Source: an uncultured Acidimicrobiales bacterium
GTDB lineage: Bacteria; Actinomycetota; Acidimicrobiia; Acidimicrobiales; Aldehydirespiratoraceae
DNA length: 64,000 nucleotides
Reading direction: 5' to 3'
Assembly (NCBI GenBank): GCA_951812975.1
Contig: CATOTC010000005.1
Span: 99,572 to 163,571 of the forward strand
Shown here: positions 35,288 through 44,039 of the stretch, piece by piece
Numbering within the stretch: the stretch's first letter is position 1
How the letters are laid out: every line of letters begins with the position of its first letter
Made by a program: the position numbers and the translations under genes
The notes under the pieces: model-generated
The model's input: the letters and a program-made list of their open reading frames with translations, nothing else
What the model was told of the DNA's origin: nothing
The model's database searches: none

Positions 35288-37518
35288 CCGCCTTCGCCTC
35301 CCAGGAAGACGGCACGGGCCAGGTCGTCGCGTTCAGCGAGTTCCTGGGCGGGCCCCTCGAATCGGACCACACCCTTCTCCATGAAGACCGCACGGTCAGC
35401 GAACGCCAGCGCAACGTTGAGCGACTGCTCGACGATGAGCATCGTCTGGCCCCGCGCCTTGAGGTCCTGCACGACTTCCAACAGTTCCTGCACAACCACC
35501 GGCGCCAGACCAAGACTCAGTTCGTCGATGAGGAGGACCTCGGGTTCGTGGATGAGCGCCATGGCGAGCGCCAGCATCTGTTGTTGACCTCCCGAGAGGT
35601 CTCCGGCGAGTTCGCCGAGCCGGCCCTCGAGCGCCGGGAAGGTCTCGACTGCTGTGGCGATCCTCCGTTCTACTTCCTCGGGTTCCATCTCCTTGCCCAG
35701 CAGCGCCGCCCGAAGATTGTCGCCGATGCTCAGGGCCGGGAAGATCCCTTCACCGCCGCGCAACTGAACGATCCCGACTCGGAACCGCGTCTCGGCTTCG
35801 GCGTAGGTGATCGTGCGCCCGTTGAGACGGACCACACCCCGGTCCGGGATCCCCAGACCGGATATGGCTCGCAACAACGTGGACTTTCCCGCCCCGTTGG
35901 TTCCGAGAAGGGCAAGCACCTCGCCCTTGGCCACTTCGATCTCCACATCGAACAGGACCTGTACCGGCCCGTAGCTGTAGTCGAGGTTGCGGACCTGCAA
36001 CACGGGAACGGCTTCACCCGAGGCGATCTTGCGAGCCTCCGACTGCTCCTCGAGCAGTTCCTCCACCGCCAGGGAGATGTCTCGGCGAATGTGCACCGCG
36101 CCGCGCCGGATCAACCAGCCGCCGAGCATCGCCGTATACGGCGCCAGGATGAGCATGGCAGTGCGGTTGTTGTAGGCGTCGGAGATCTGTCCTGCGATCA
36201 GGCCACCGATGAATCCTCCCATCAAGAAGATGAAGACGGGCAGCAGGGCGAACGCCTGTGCGCGGATCCGGTAGGGGGCTACCAGGGCGATAATCGTGGG
36301 GGCCGCCACGAACGCCGCTGAGATCAACGCTTGGGCCAGGCCCACCAACAGGAGCAGGGGACCAATCGCCTTGATGGGCAGTGCCACCAGATAGACCAGG
36401 CCGGCGCCGATGATCAACGCCCCGGTCAGGTTGACCACGGCTTCGGGGTCTTCGCGGAATTTGCGGTCGAAGACTCGACCCGCAATGGGAATCCCGATCA
36501 ATGCGGGAATCCACATCAGAGATTCGACGATCCCGCGGTCGAGGGCGTCGAGACCGTACTTGTCTTCGAGCATCAGGTTGAACTGGCCGGGCACCGCGAT
36601 CAGCGCGAACCCGAGCACGCCGACGCCTGTGGCGAAGAAGTAGAACGTGCGGACTTTGCGCAGCCGTGCCAACGCCGTGCTCATCGACGCCTCAAGTTCC
36701 TCGACGTCGATGGCATCGTCCTCAAGCAGGGCGTCCTGCTCGTTCTTGCCCCGCGGCGGCTCCTTCATGGCGATTGAGGCCAGTCCGACGAGCACGGGCG
36801 GTATCGCCATGATGTAGAACGCCCAGCGCCATCCCTCCTCGCCGCCTGCGATAGCCACAATCAGACCGATCGCCAGCGGACCGAGCAGCTGACCGAGCGG
36901 TCGACCCAGTGCCTCGAAGGCGAAGACCCGCGCCCGCGCCTGGATCGGGTAGCGGTCACTTATCAGCGAGTTCGACACCGGGATTCTGTACGCCTGCCCG
37001 AAGCCGGTTGCGGCGTTGGTCCAGAAGAGCTGGAAGGCGTTGACGATGAAACCCGACAAGGCCATCGTCGAGGCCCAGAACAGCGAGGCCACCGGGATGA
37101 TGGCGACGCGGGTCACGCGGTCGGCCAGCGCCGCCATCGGGACCGCGCCGAGGACCAGGGCGACACCACCGAAACCGAGGACTCCTGCCAGCACCGTGTC
37201 TGAGATGTTGAGCGAGTTCTGGATGTCGGGGCCGATCACCCGCACGGCGCGGGGAAGGTCGTCGATGAAGTTCAGCAGGAACATCATCACCACGGTGGTC
37301 TTGCCCCCGACGATCATCGCCTCTCGCAAGGTCATCGGCTCGTCGCCGACCCCCGGCAACAGATCGTCGGGGAACAGAACCGCTTTGTCTCGTTCTGCTT
37401 GTTCGATCTGGCGTCGGGCTTCCTCGTCTAGAACCGCGGCTGCGAGCCGTGCTGCTGAACTCCCGGTCGGATCAGCGGCCGTTTCTCCGGTTGCAGAATC
37501 GCGGTCCTGGCTTGTCAT
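35284..37518 (-). CDS. Fusion of a 12-TM MFS-like membrane domain with a LivF-type ABC ATPase domain
   Basis: The N-terminal roughly 500 aa have about 12 hydrophobic segments, an MFS motif-A-like AALADRVTRV between TM2 and TM3, and GWRWAFYI. The C-terminal NBD shows LLGTNGAGKSTLLRAISG, LSGGQQQMLALA and LLIDELSLGLAP. Start ATG 37518. The stop overlaps the next gene by 4 nt. Confidence 0.8.
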   Translation of the reverse strand: MTSQDRDSATGETAADPTGSSAARLAAAVLDEEARRQIEQAERDKAVLFPDDLLPGVGDEPMTLREAMIVGGKTTVVMMFLLNFIDDLPRAVRVIGPDIQNSLNISDTVLAGVLGFGGVALVLGAVPMAALADRVTRVAIIPVASLFWASTMALSGFIVNAFQLFWTNAATGFGQAYRIPVSNSLISDRYPIQARARVFAFEALGRPLGQLLGPLAIGLIVAIAGGEEGWRWAFYIMAIPPVLVGLASIAMKEPPRGKNEQDALLEDDAIDVEELEASMSTALARLRKVRTFYFFATGVGVLGFALIAVPGQFNLMLEDKYGLDALDRGIVESLMWIPALIGIPIAGRVFDRKFREDPEAVVNLTGALIIGAGLVYLVALPIKAIGPLLLLVGLAQALISAAFVAAPTIIALVAPYRIRAQAFALLPVFIFLMGGFIGGLIAGQISDAYNNRTAMLILAPYTAMLGGWLIRRGAVHIRRDISLAVEELLEEQSEARKIASGEAVPVLQVRNLDYSYGPVQVLFDVEIEVAKGEVLALLGTNGAGKSTLLRAISGLGIPDRGVVRLNGRTITYAEAETRFRVGIVQLRGGEGIFPALSIGDNLRAALLGKEMEPEEVERRIATAVETFPALEGRLGELAGDLSGGQQQMLALAMALIHEPEVLLIDELSLGLAPVVVQELLEVVQDLKARGQTMLIVEQSLNVALAFADRAVFMEKGVVRFEGPAQELAERDDLARAVFLGGEGG

Positions 37519-37697
37519 CGGCCCCCCAGATTGACTGTTCTGTGCGCCGACATCATTGCCGCAACAGCAGAGCCGCGCCAGTACCGAGAAGCAAATCGAG
37601 CCAGGAAACCTGAGTGGCGATTTGTGTCGCGCGTCACTTGAGGCAACAATTCTGGCTGTGCCGTGAACCCACGCGGCGCTCATACCTGGAGGGTCCG

Positions 37698-39371
37698 ATG
37701 CACAACTTACGGTTCCGGTGGCTAGCTGTTCTGCTGGCTTTCCTATTTTTTGCCGCTGCTTGCGGTGGTGAGACGACCGGAGATTCGAGCGACGACGGCG
37801 ACGACGGCGACACGGCCGAACAGGCTGACGATTCTGGCGACGACGCGCCCGAAACGACCACCGGAGACGACGCCGACGGCGACGACGCGCCCGAAACGAC
37901 CACCGGAGACGACGCTGCTGAGGAGACCGGCGACGACATGCCGGAGGACGAAGAAGTAGCCGGCCCCAACATCTATGAGGATCCTAGGGGCGGCATCTTC
38001 TTGGAGTTCCAGCAGGGCTTCGACCGCGGCGACCATCCGTTCGCGCAGTACGACAGCTTCTGTGTGGCCCATGATCCGGCCGCCGACCGCGTCGACACAG
38101 ACGACGGAATCAGCGCCGACTCAATCAAGGTCGGGCACATTCGGAGCCGCCTCGAAGACTTGACCGATCTGGGATTCGCCGTTCCCGTCGGCGACCCGAA
38201 AGAGATTTTCGAAGTCTTCATCGACTACATCAACGAGGAGTGCGGCGGGATCAGGGGCCGCATGCTCGACCTCGGCTACGCAGAAGCAGAGGTTCTCGGT
38301 TCCGACGTCGACGGCAGCCGCAACGCTGCCTGTCTGGCCATGACCGAGGATCACAAGTCTGTGATCGTGATGAACAGCACCGGTTTCCAGGGCACGGCCA
38401 ATCTCTGCCTGGTCGAGGAGCAGGAGACGATATTCATCTCGACCCAGGGCCAGACAGAGGAGTTCATGGATCGCTCCAACGACTTGCTGCTGTCGTTGTC
38501 GCCGACACTCGAGGAGAGCCTCCGATTCATGGTCGTCGACAGTCTGAACAGTGGTTTACTCGACGGCCTCACCTTGGGTGTTGCCGCACCGAACACGCCG
38601 GGGCAGGTCGAGGCTGTGGAGGAGGGTCTCGTGATCCCGCTGCGTGAAGCCGGGTTCGAGGTCGTGTTCGACGTGATCGACTGCGCCGGCGGAACGATCT
38701 GCTTCGGCGGTGTCGCCGAGTCGGTCACCAACATGGTCAACGCCGGCGTCGACGGGTTCTTCAACGTCCTCAACGTGGTCTCGGCACCCGGTTACATCGG
38801 CGAAATGGTCAATCAGGGTTATGAGCCTGGAGACGTGCGCTTCTTCGCTTCGGACTTCAACTCCCAGACCTCTGAGCTCGTGTCTGGTCAGATCACCAAC
38901 AACGTCGAGGCCGGCAATCTCTACAACGGCGCCACGATCATCGACTTCAGGACCACCGGAGAGTACCGGGACCCCGCCTATGAGCCCAACCCGATGGCTG
39001 ATATGTGCAACCGGCTCTACAACGAGAACAGTCCATCGGGCGCCAACCACGACTGGCGGACTCTGGGCGACTCGGCCTACGGAATGGTCGGCAGCGTCTG
39101 CGGGATCGTCCGGATCATGGCCCGCGGCCTGTACGACGCGGGCGACAACCCGACTGTCGCGGATGTCCGCGAGGCGATCATCAACCTGGGTCCGGTCGAC
39201 AACAACGCGATGTCGCCTGCGTCGATCCGCCCCGGGAAGACCCAGATGGCTGACTCCATCCAGACGCTTGACTTCTCGTTCCCGTGCGATCAGCCCCTGC
39301 CGTTCGTGCGACGCAGCGGAGACCCGATCTGCATCACAGGACGCAACGACTTCCGCCCCGCCCCCCGGTAG
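37698..39371 (+). CDS. Lipoprotein, ABC substrate-binding protein (type-I periplasmic-binding-fold, Liv-like), paralog 1
   Basis: The signal/lipobox MHNLRFRWLAVLLAFLFFAAAC is followed by an Asp/Glu/Thr-rich low-complexity tether with an internal 42-nt tandem repeat. Then comes a roughly 480-aa globular domain. It is divergent from the Liv-type ABC operon. Confidence 0.7.
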   Translation: MHNLRFRWLAVLLAFLFFAAACGGETTGDSSDDGDDGDTAEQADDSGDDAPETTTGDDADGDDAPETTTGDDAAEETGDDMPEDEEVAGPNIYEDPRGGIFLEFQQGFDRGDHPFAQYDSFCVAHDPAADRVDTDDGISADSIKVGHIRSRLEDLTDLGFAVPVGDPKEIFEVFIDYINEECGGIRGRMLDLGYAEAEVLGSDVDGSRNAACLAMTEDHKSVIVMNSTGFQGTANLCLVEEQETIFISTQGQTEEFMDRSNDLLLSLSPTLEESLRFMVVDSLNSGLLDGLTLGVAAPNTPGQVEAVEEGLVIPLREAGFEVVFDVIDCAGGTICFGGVAESVTNMVNAGVDGFFNVLNVVSAPGYIGEMVNQGYEPGDVRFFASDFNSQTSELVSGQITNNVEAGNLYNGATIIDFRTTGEYRDPAYEPNPMADMCNRLYNENSPSGANHDWRTLGDSAYGMVGSVCGIVRIMARGLYDAGDNPTVADVREAIINLGPVDNNAMSPASIRPGKTQMADSIQTLDFSFPCDQPLPFVRRSGDPICITGRNDFRPAPR

Positions 39372-39388
39372 GCCTCCCTCGGTCCTGC

Positions 39389-39413
39389 TTGAACAAGCTC
39401 TATTTGAACAAGC
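39389..39413. promoter_or_regulatory. Direct repeat TTGAACAAGC x2 (period 15). The first copy is part of the palindrome GCTTG-AA-CAAGC.
   Basis: Located in the 68-nt spacer between the two binding-protein paralogs, at 39389-39398 and 39404-39413. Confidence 0.3.
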
Positions 39414-39439
39414 ATCGAATAGGTGATCGGAGAAATCAG

Positions 39440-41107
39440 ATGAACAACCGACGGTTCAGTTGGCTTGCGGTTGTGTTGGCGTTCGTGTTCTTCGCCGCGG
39501 CCTGCGGTGGAGAGACGACCGATGACTCGGGCGACGATGCCGACGACGGCGATACAGCCGTCCAGGGCGACGATTCGGGCGACGAAGCACCCGAGACCAC
39601 CACAGGCGACGACGGCGACGACGCGCCCGCGACGACCGCCGGTGATGACGCTGCTGCGGAGGCCGGCGACGACATGCCGACCGACGATGAGGTTGCCGCT
39701 CCCAACATCTATGAGGATCCTCGGGGCGGTATCTTTGCCGAGTTCCAGCAGGGCTTCGACCGCGGCGACCATCCGTTCATGCAGCACGACGCCTTCTGTC
39801 TGCCGCATGAACCGGCTGCCGACCGGGTCGACACCGACCGCGGAATCACTGCCGACTCAATCAAGGTCGGGCACATTCGCAGTCGCCTCGAAGACCTGAC
39901 CGAGATCGGGTTCGCGGTTCCCGTCGGCGAGCCGAAAGAGATGTACGAGGTGTTCATCGACTACATCAACGAACAGTGCGGGGGGATCAGGGGCCGCATG
40001 CTCGACCTCGGCTACGCAGAGGCGGACGTGCTGGGCGCCGACGTCGACGGCAGCCGCAACGCCGCCTGTCTGGCGATGACTGAGGATTTCGGTGCTGTGA
40101 TCGTGATGAACAGCACCGGCTTCGGGGGTACCGCCAATCTGTGCCTCACCGAGGAGCAGCAGACCGCGTTCATCAGCAACTCCGGCCAGCCCGAAGAGTT
40201 CCTCGAACGCGCCGGCGGCCTGTTGATCACCATGAACCCGTCATCTGAGGAGACCCTTCGCTTCATGGTCTCGGACCTGCTCTCAAGCGGTGAACTCGAG
40301 GGGTTGACGCTCGGAGTCGCGGCAGGGAACACTCCGGGGGAGGCCGAGGCCGTCGAGGACGGCCTGGTGGTCCCGCTGCGCGAAGCCGGGTTCGAAGTCG
40401 TGTTCGACGTGATCGACTGCGGGGGCGGAACGATCTGCTTCGGAGGCACGCCCGAGTCCGTCACCAACATGGTCAACGCCGGCGTCGACGGGTTCTTCAA
40501 CGTCCTCAACGTGGTCTCTGCGCCCGGCTACATCGCAGAAATGGTGAATCAGGGTTATGAGCCCGGAGACGTGCGCTTCTTCGCCAGCGAATACGGCGCG
40601 CAGGCCAACGAGCTCGTGGCCGGTCAGATCGCCAACAATGTCGAAGCCGGGATCCTGTACAGCGGCGCAAGGATCATCGACTTCAAGACCACCGGTGAGT
40701 TCAGGGATCCGAACTTCCAACCGAACGCTTTGGCCGGGCTCTGCAACGAACTGTACGGAGAGCACAGTCCGTCGGGAGCCAGCCACGATTGGCGGACGCT
40801 GGGGGATTCGGCTTTCGGCATGACCGAAACCGTCTGCCACATCGTCCGACTCATGGCACGGACACTGTACGACGCGGGCGACAACCCGAATCTTGCCGAC
40901 GTGCATGGAGCGCTGGTCAACCTGGGGCCGGTCGACGTCAACGGCATGACCCCGGCTTCCATCCGCCCCGACAAGACACAGGCCTCCGACGCAATCCAGA
41001 CGCTGGACTTCGTGTTCCCGTGCGATCAGCCTCTGCCGTTCATCCGGCGCAGCGGCGACCCCGTGTGCATTACAGGACGCAACGACTTCCGCCCCGCCCC
41101 CCGCTAG
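39440..41107 (+). CDS. Lipoprotein, ABC substrate-binding protein, paralog 2
   Basis: MNNRRFSWLAVVLAFVFFAAAC plus an acidic tether. It aligns end-to-end with paralog 1, including the identical C-terminal ITGRNDFRPAPR. Confidence 0.7.
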   Translation: MNNRRFSWLAVVLAFVFFAAACGGETTDDSGDDADDGDTAVQGDDSGDEAPETTTGDDGDDAPATTAGDDAAAEAGDDMPTDDEVAAPNIYEDPRGGIFAEFQQGFDRGDHPFMQHDAFCLPHEPAADRVDTDRGITADSIKVGHIRSRLEDLTEIGFAVPVGEPKEMYEVFIDYINEQCGGIRGRMLDLGYAEADVLGADVDGSRNAACLAMTEDFGAVIVMNSTGFGGTANLCLTEEQQTAFISNSGQPEEFLERAGGLLITMNPSSEETLRFMVSDLLSSGELEGLTLGVAAGNTPGEAEAVEDGLVVPLREAGFEVVFDVIDCGGGTICFGGTPESVTNMVNAGVDGFFNVLNVVSAPGYIAEMVNQGYEPGDVRFFASEYGAQANELVAGQIANNVEAGILYSGARIIDFKTTGEFRDPNFQPNALAGLCNELYGEHSPSGASHDWRTLGDSAFGMTETVCHIVRLMARTLYDAGDNPNLADVHGALVNLGPVDVNGMTPASIRPDKTQASDAIQTLDFVFPCDQPLPFIRRSGDPVCITGRNDFRPAPR

Positions 41108-41113
41108 GAGGTT

Positions 41114-41405
41114 GTTGTTGCCGGGCGCAGCCGGAGCCGCGCTGAGTTGTCGCCGGGCGCAGCCGGAGCCGCGCTGAGTTGTCGCCGGGCGCAGCCGGAG
41201 CCGCGCTGAGTTGTCGCCGGGCGCAGCCGGAGCCGCGCTGAGTTGTCGCCGGGCGCAGCCGGAGCCGCGCTGAGTTGTCGCCGGGCGCAGCCGGAGCCGC
41301 GCTGAGTTGTCGCCGGGCGCAGCCGGAGCCGCACTGAGTTGTCGCCGGGCGCAGCCGGAGCCGCACTGAGTTGTCGCCGGGCTTAGCCGTTGTTGCCGGG
41401 CGTAG
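41114..41405. repeat. Tandem array of a 32-nt unit (GTTGTCGCCGGGCGCAGCCGGAGCCGCGCTGA), 8 full copies plus a degenerate ninth
   Basis: Units start at 41114, 41146, 41178, 41210, 41242, 41274, 41306 and 41338. Copies 2-6 are identical, copy 1 has GTTGTTGCC, and copies 7-8 have CGCACTGA. There are no spacers. Confidence 0.95.
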
Positions 41406-41461
41406 AACAAACCCCTGATACGGGACTGAGCCGCCCTCGATGCTCCCGTCCCAGCCATGCC

Positions 41462-42631
41462 CTAGCCGCGCCCCGGGCGACGCCAGCGGAACAGTCCGGT
41501 CACCACCGAATCGAAGTGGTACAGGAGTCCGCCGGCCACCGCCAGCAGGATCACGTAGGCGGCAGCAAGAGCGCCCAGGTCGGGTTCGCGCGCCACGCCC
41601 AGCTCGGCGATGACAATGGAGAACTCACCACGCGCCACCAGAGCCGCCCCGGCGCGGAAGCGGGCTTGTCCGTCGAGCTTCCTGGTCCGTGCCGCGAACC
41701 ATCCCGCGCCGATCTTGGTGAGGGCCGTGACCGCGGCCAGCGCGGCCGCGAGTCCCGCTACCGCGGGAATCAGTCCGGGGTCTACCTGGAGGCCGAAGAA
41801 TACGAAGAACGAGGCGGCGAACAGGTGCCGTAGAGGCAGCAGCAGGTCGCGGGCGTGCGACACAATGTCACCGGAGAGAAAGACGCCCACCAGGAATGCG
41901 CCCACCGCCGCGGAGAGGTGGATCCGCTCGGCGAGACCGGCGAAAACCAGCGTGGCGCCGAGGAGGGTCAGCAGCATCACTTCGCGTGAGTCGCTCAGGA
42001 TCAGGGTGTTGATCCTCTCCCCGTAGAAGTACTCGACCGTCATGATGGCAGCGACCGTCGCGAGCGATATGGCGATGGTGACGGCGATCCCGCCGGGCGA
42101 CCCCCCGATGAGCACCGCGGTGACGACGGGAAGGTACAGGACCATGGCCAGATCCTCGATCACCAGGACCGTGAGGACGACCCGGGTCTCGCGGTTGCTG
42201 ACCCGGTCCAGATCGGAGACGAGTTTGGCGACGATGCCCGACGACGAGATGTAGGTCACCCCTCCGAGCAGCACCGCGACGATGGGGTCGAACCCCAACA
42301 GCAGTCCGGCGATCAGGCCCGGTGGGAAGTTCAGGACCAGGTCGACGGCACCGGAACCAGTGGAGCGCCGAACACTGTCGATGAGTTCGTGGGCCGAGAA
42401 CTCCAGACCGAGCATCAGCAGCATCATGATGAGGCCGATCTGTGCACCGACCTCGATGAAGTCGCTGGCTGCGCCCAGTTCGACGAGCCCTCCCTCCCCG
42501 AAGGCGAGACCCGCCAGCAGATAGACGGGAAGCACCGGCAGACCGAGTCTTCGGGCGAGCCGCGCCACAATCGCGAGACCCAGCACAACCGCGCCGAACT
42601 CGATCAACAGGATGTCAACTGAGATTTCCAT
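41462..42631 (-). CDS. Cation:proton antiporter (CPA/Kef-type sodium-hydrogen exchanger family)
   Basis: About 390 aa and polytopic. The N-terminus is ILLIEFGAVVLGLAIVARLARRLGLPVLPVYLLAGLAFGEGG. Start ATG 42631. Confidence 0.8.
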   Translation of the reverse strand: MEISVDILLIEFGAVVLGLAIVARLARRLGLPVLPVYLLAGLAFGEGGLVELGAASDFIEVGAQIGLIMMLLMLGLEFSAHELIDSVRRSTGSGAVDLVLNFPPGLIAGLLLGFDPIVAVLLGGVTYISSSGIVAKLVSDLDRVSNRETRVVLTVLVIEDLAMVLYLPVVTAVLIGGSPGGIAVTIAISLATVAAIMTVEYFYGERINTLILSDSREVMLLTLLGATLVFAGLAERIHLSAAVGAFLVGVFLSGDIVSHARDLLLPLRHLFAASFFVFFGLQVDPGLIPAVAGLAAALAAVTALTKIGAGWFAARTRKLDGQARFRAGAALVARGEFSIVIAELGVAREPDLGALAAAYVILLAVAGGLLYHFDSVVTGLFRWRRPGRG

Positions 42632-42691
42632 GTCCGGTTTATCCCAACGATCCGATGGCCGAATCAACGCTACCGAGTCAATGATATGCAG

Positions 42692-42764
42692 TGGAGGTGA
42701 GGGGAATTGAACCCCTGGCCTCCTCGATGCGACCGAGGCGCTCTACCAACTGAGCTACACCCCC
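42692..42764 (-). tRNA. tRNA-Ala (anticodon CGC)
   Basis: The reverse complement GGGGGTGTAGCTCAGTTGGTAGAGCGCCTCGGTCGCATCGAGGAGGCCAGGGGTTCAATTCCCCTCACCTCCA folds as a cloverleaf. The G3:U70 identity pair is present and the anticodon loop is GUCGCAU. CCA is not encoded. Confidence 0.93.
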
Positions 42765-42838
42765 TGCGACCGGCAATCGTAGCGTCGCGCGGCCGGGGTC
42801 CCGCACTCCTGACTCTTCAATCAGCCCTTTGAAAGCTG

Positions 42839-43315
42839 CTAACCGTTGGCAGCCCTACCGGCGCCCACATGCGCACGATGATCGATCACACGATCGGGGT
42901 AGAGCATATGGACCTTCATCTCACGCTCAGCGACGATGCTGCGGCGCCGCGTGGCCAGAAAGACGAATGATCCCGCAGCGATGTCGACCAGAACGTGAAG
43001 GGCCCAAAACAGCGGACCGAAGGCCAACGCCGCGAAGAAGGTCGTCAAGCAGGCCATACCTAGGGCGATGCCCACATCGCGGCGCCGACGGGCCGCGCCC
43101 TGCTCGCCCCGTGGTGCCAGCGGGGAGGAGCCGTAGACAGCCGTCGACGACTGGTCCCGCACTTGTCGCGCAACCCCGAGGGTGCCCAGTCCTTGGGAGA
43201 AGGAACTCACGCGATCGCGGTCCTGCACCGAATTCTGGAACCGCAGTCTCAAATACCAGCCGAAATACCCGGCCCAACAGACTGCCAATGCCACAATGAT
43301 GATCGACTCCGACAT
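42839..43315 (-). CDS. Hypothetical membrane protein
   Basis: 158 aa. It has an N-terminal TM segment (IIIVALAVCWAGYFGWYL) and two central TM segments. No family recognised. Confidence 0.5.
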   Translation of the reverse strand: MSESIIIVALAVCWAGYFGWYLRLRFQNSVQDRDRVSSFSQGLGTLGVARQVRDQSSTAVYGSSPLAPRGEQGAARRRRDVGIALGMACLTTFFAALAFGPLFWALHVLVDIAAGSFVFLATRRRSIVAEREMKVHMLYPDRVIDHRAHVGAGRAANG

Positions 43316-43431
43316 GTCGTGTTGTACTCCTAGGAGGTCGTGGCTGAGCGGACGCGGCCGTCGGTGGGATAGAATCCCAGAACTAAGTTACGTTTATACT
43401 ACAATTGAAATACAAAAGCAACGAATCGTTC

Positions 43432-43447
43432 TTGTGAGATTTCACAA
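43432..43447. promoter_or_regulatory. Palindrome TTGTGA-GATT-TCACAA (CRP/FNR-family-like half sites with 4-nt spacing)
   Basis: Perfect 6-bp arms. It overlaps the moaC stop codon (43442-43444) and lies at the edge of a strikingly AT-rich roughly 80-nt tract (43375-43450) upstream of the membrane-protein gene. Confidence 0.35.
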
Positions 43448-43927
43448 TTCCTCGTCACGGCGGTAGTGGCCTGAACGGCCCCCAGTCTTCTCCCAAAGGG
43501 CGATGTCTGAGATGACCATCGAACGATCCTTGGACTTGCACATGTCATAAACGGTCAGCGCAGCAACGCTGCAGGCTGTGAGGGCCTCCATCTCCACTCC
43601 CGTCCGGTCGACCGTTTCAACCTGCGACTCGATCACGATACTGGTGTCGAGAATCTCGAAGTTGACGCTGACTGCGCCCACGAGCAGCGGATGACACAGA
43701 GGGACCAGATCCGAACAACGCTTCGCGGCCTGGATTCCCGCGACGCGCGCAACCGCCAACACGTCTCCCTTCTTGATGGCACCTTGGGCTACAGCCAATG
43801 CGGTCTCAACGGTCATCTGCACACGGCCGCGGGCGATCGCCCGGCGATGCGTCGGTTCCTTGGGAGTGACGTCAACCATTCGGGCACGGCCCGCAGGATC
43901 CAAATGTGTGAACCCCTGATCGGCCAT
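43442..43927 (-). CDS. moaC: Cyclic pyranopterin monophosphate synthase
   Basis: MADQGFTHLDPAGRARMVDVTPKEPTHRRAIARG...KGDVLAVARVAGIQAAKRCSDLVPLCHPL. Start ATG 43927. Confidence 0.92.
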   Translation of the reverse strand: MADQGFTHLDPAGRARMVDVTPKEPTHRRAIARGRVQMTVETALAVAQGAIKKGDVLAVARVAGIQAAKRCSDLVPLCHPLLVGAVSVNFEILDTSIVIESQVETVDRTGVEMEALTACSVAALTVYDMCKSKDRSMVISDIALWEKTGGRSGHYRRDEEL

Positions 43928-44039
43928 GGTCCAAAAGTCTAGAAGATCACAGTGCTGGGCCGTTGGATGCAGGCCCTTCCCGCTCATGCCCCCTTCGCGT
44001 GCGGAGGCCGGGGCGCGTGCGGTCCGCTGAGACCCGGGG

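Noticed and set aside
33263-35587. 774-aa plus-strand ORF and 563-aa minus-strand ORF (33822..35513) inside the ABC permease gene
   Set aside because: Their composition is Arg/Asp/Gly/His-rich with no hydrophobic pattern. The alternative frame gives a clean LivH/LivM/LivG protein. These are typical high-GC shadow ORFs.
41114-41405. Possible CRISPR array, because the repeat unit is about 32 nt
   Set aside because: The units are directly contiguous with no spacers, there are no cas genes in the window, and the edge copies decay like a minisatellite.
40283-41458. 391-aa minus-strand ORF (and 41070..41366, 41104..41334) with a repeating PATTQRGSGCARRQLSAAPAAPGDNSARLRLR peptide
   Set aside because: The repeat peptide is just the 32-nt array read in three phases (96-nt periodicity). 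The rest is antisense to the binding-protein gene and is Arg/Ala/Gly-rich shadow sequence.
42692-42764. tRNA-Ala as an integration hotspot for a genomic island
   Set aside because: No integrase and no duplicated tRNA 3' segment that I could see in the flanks. The neighbouring genes (antiporter, membrane protein, moa genes) look like core genes.
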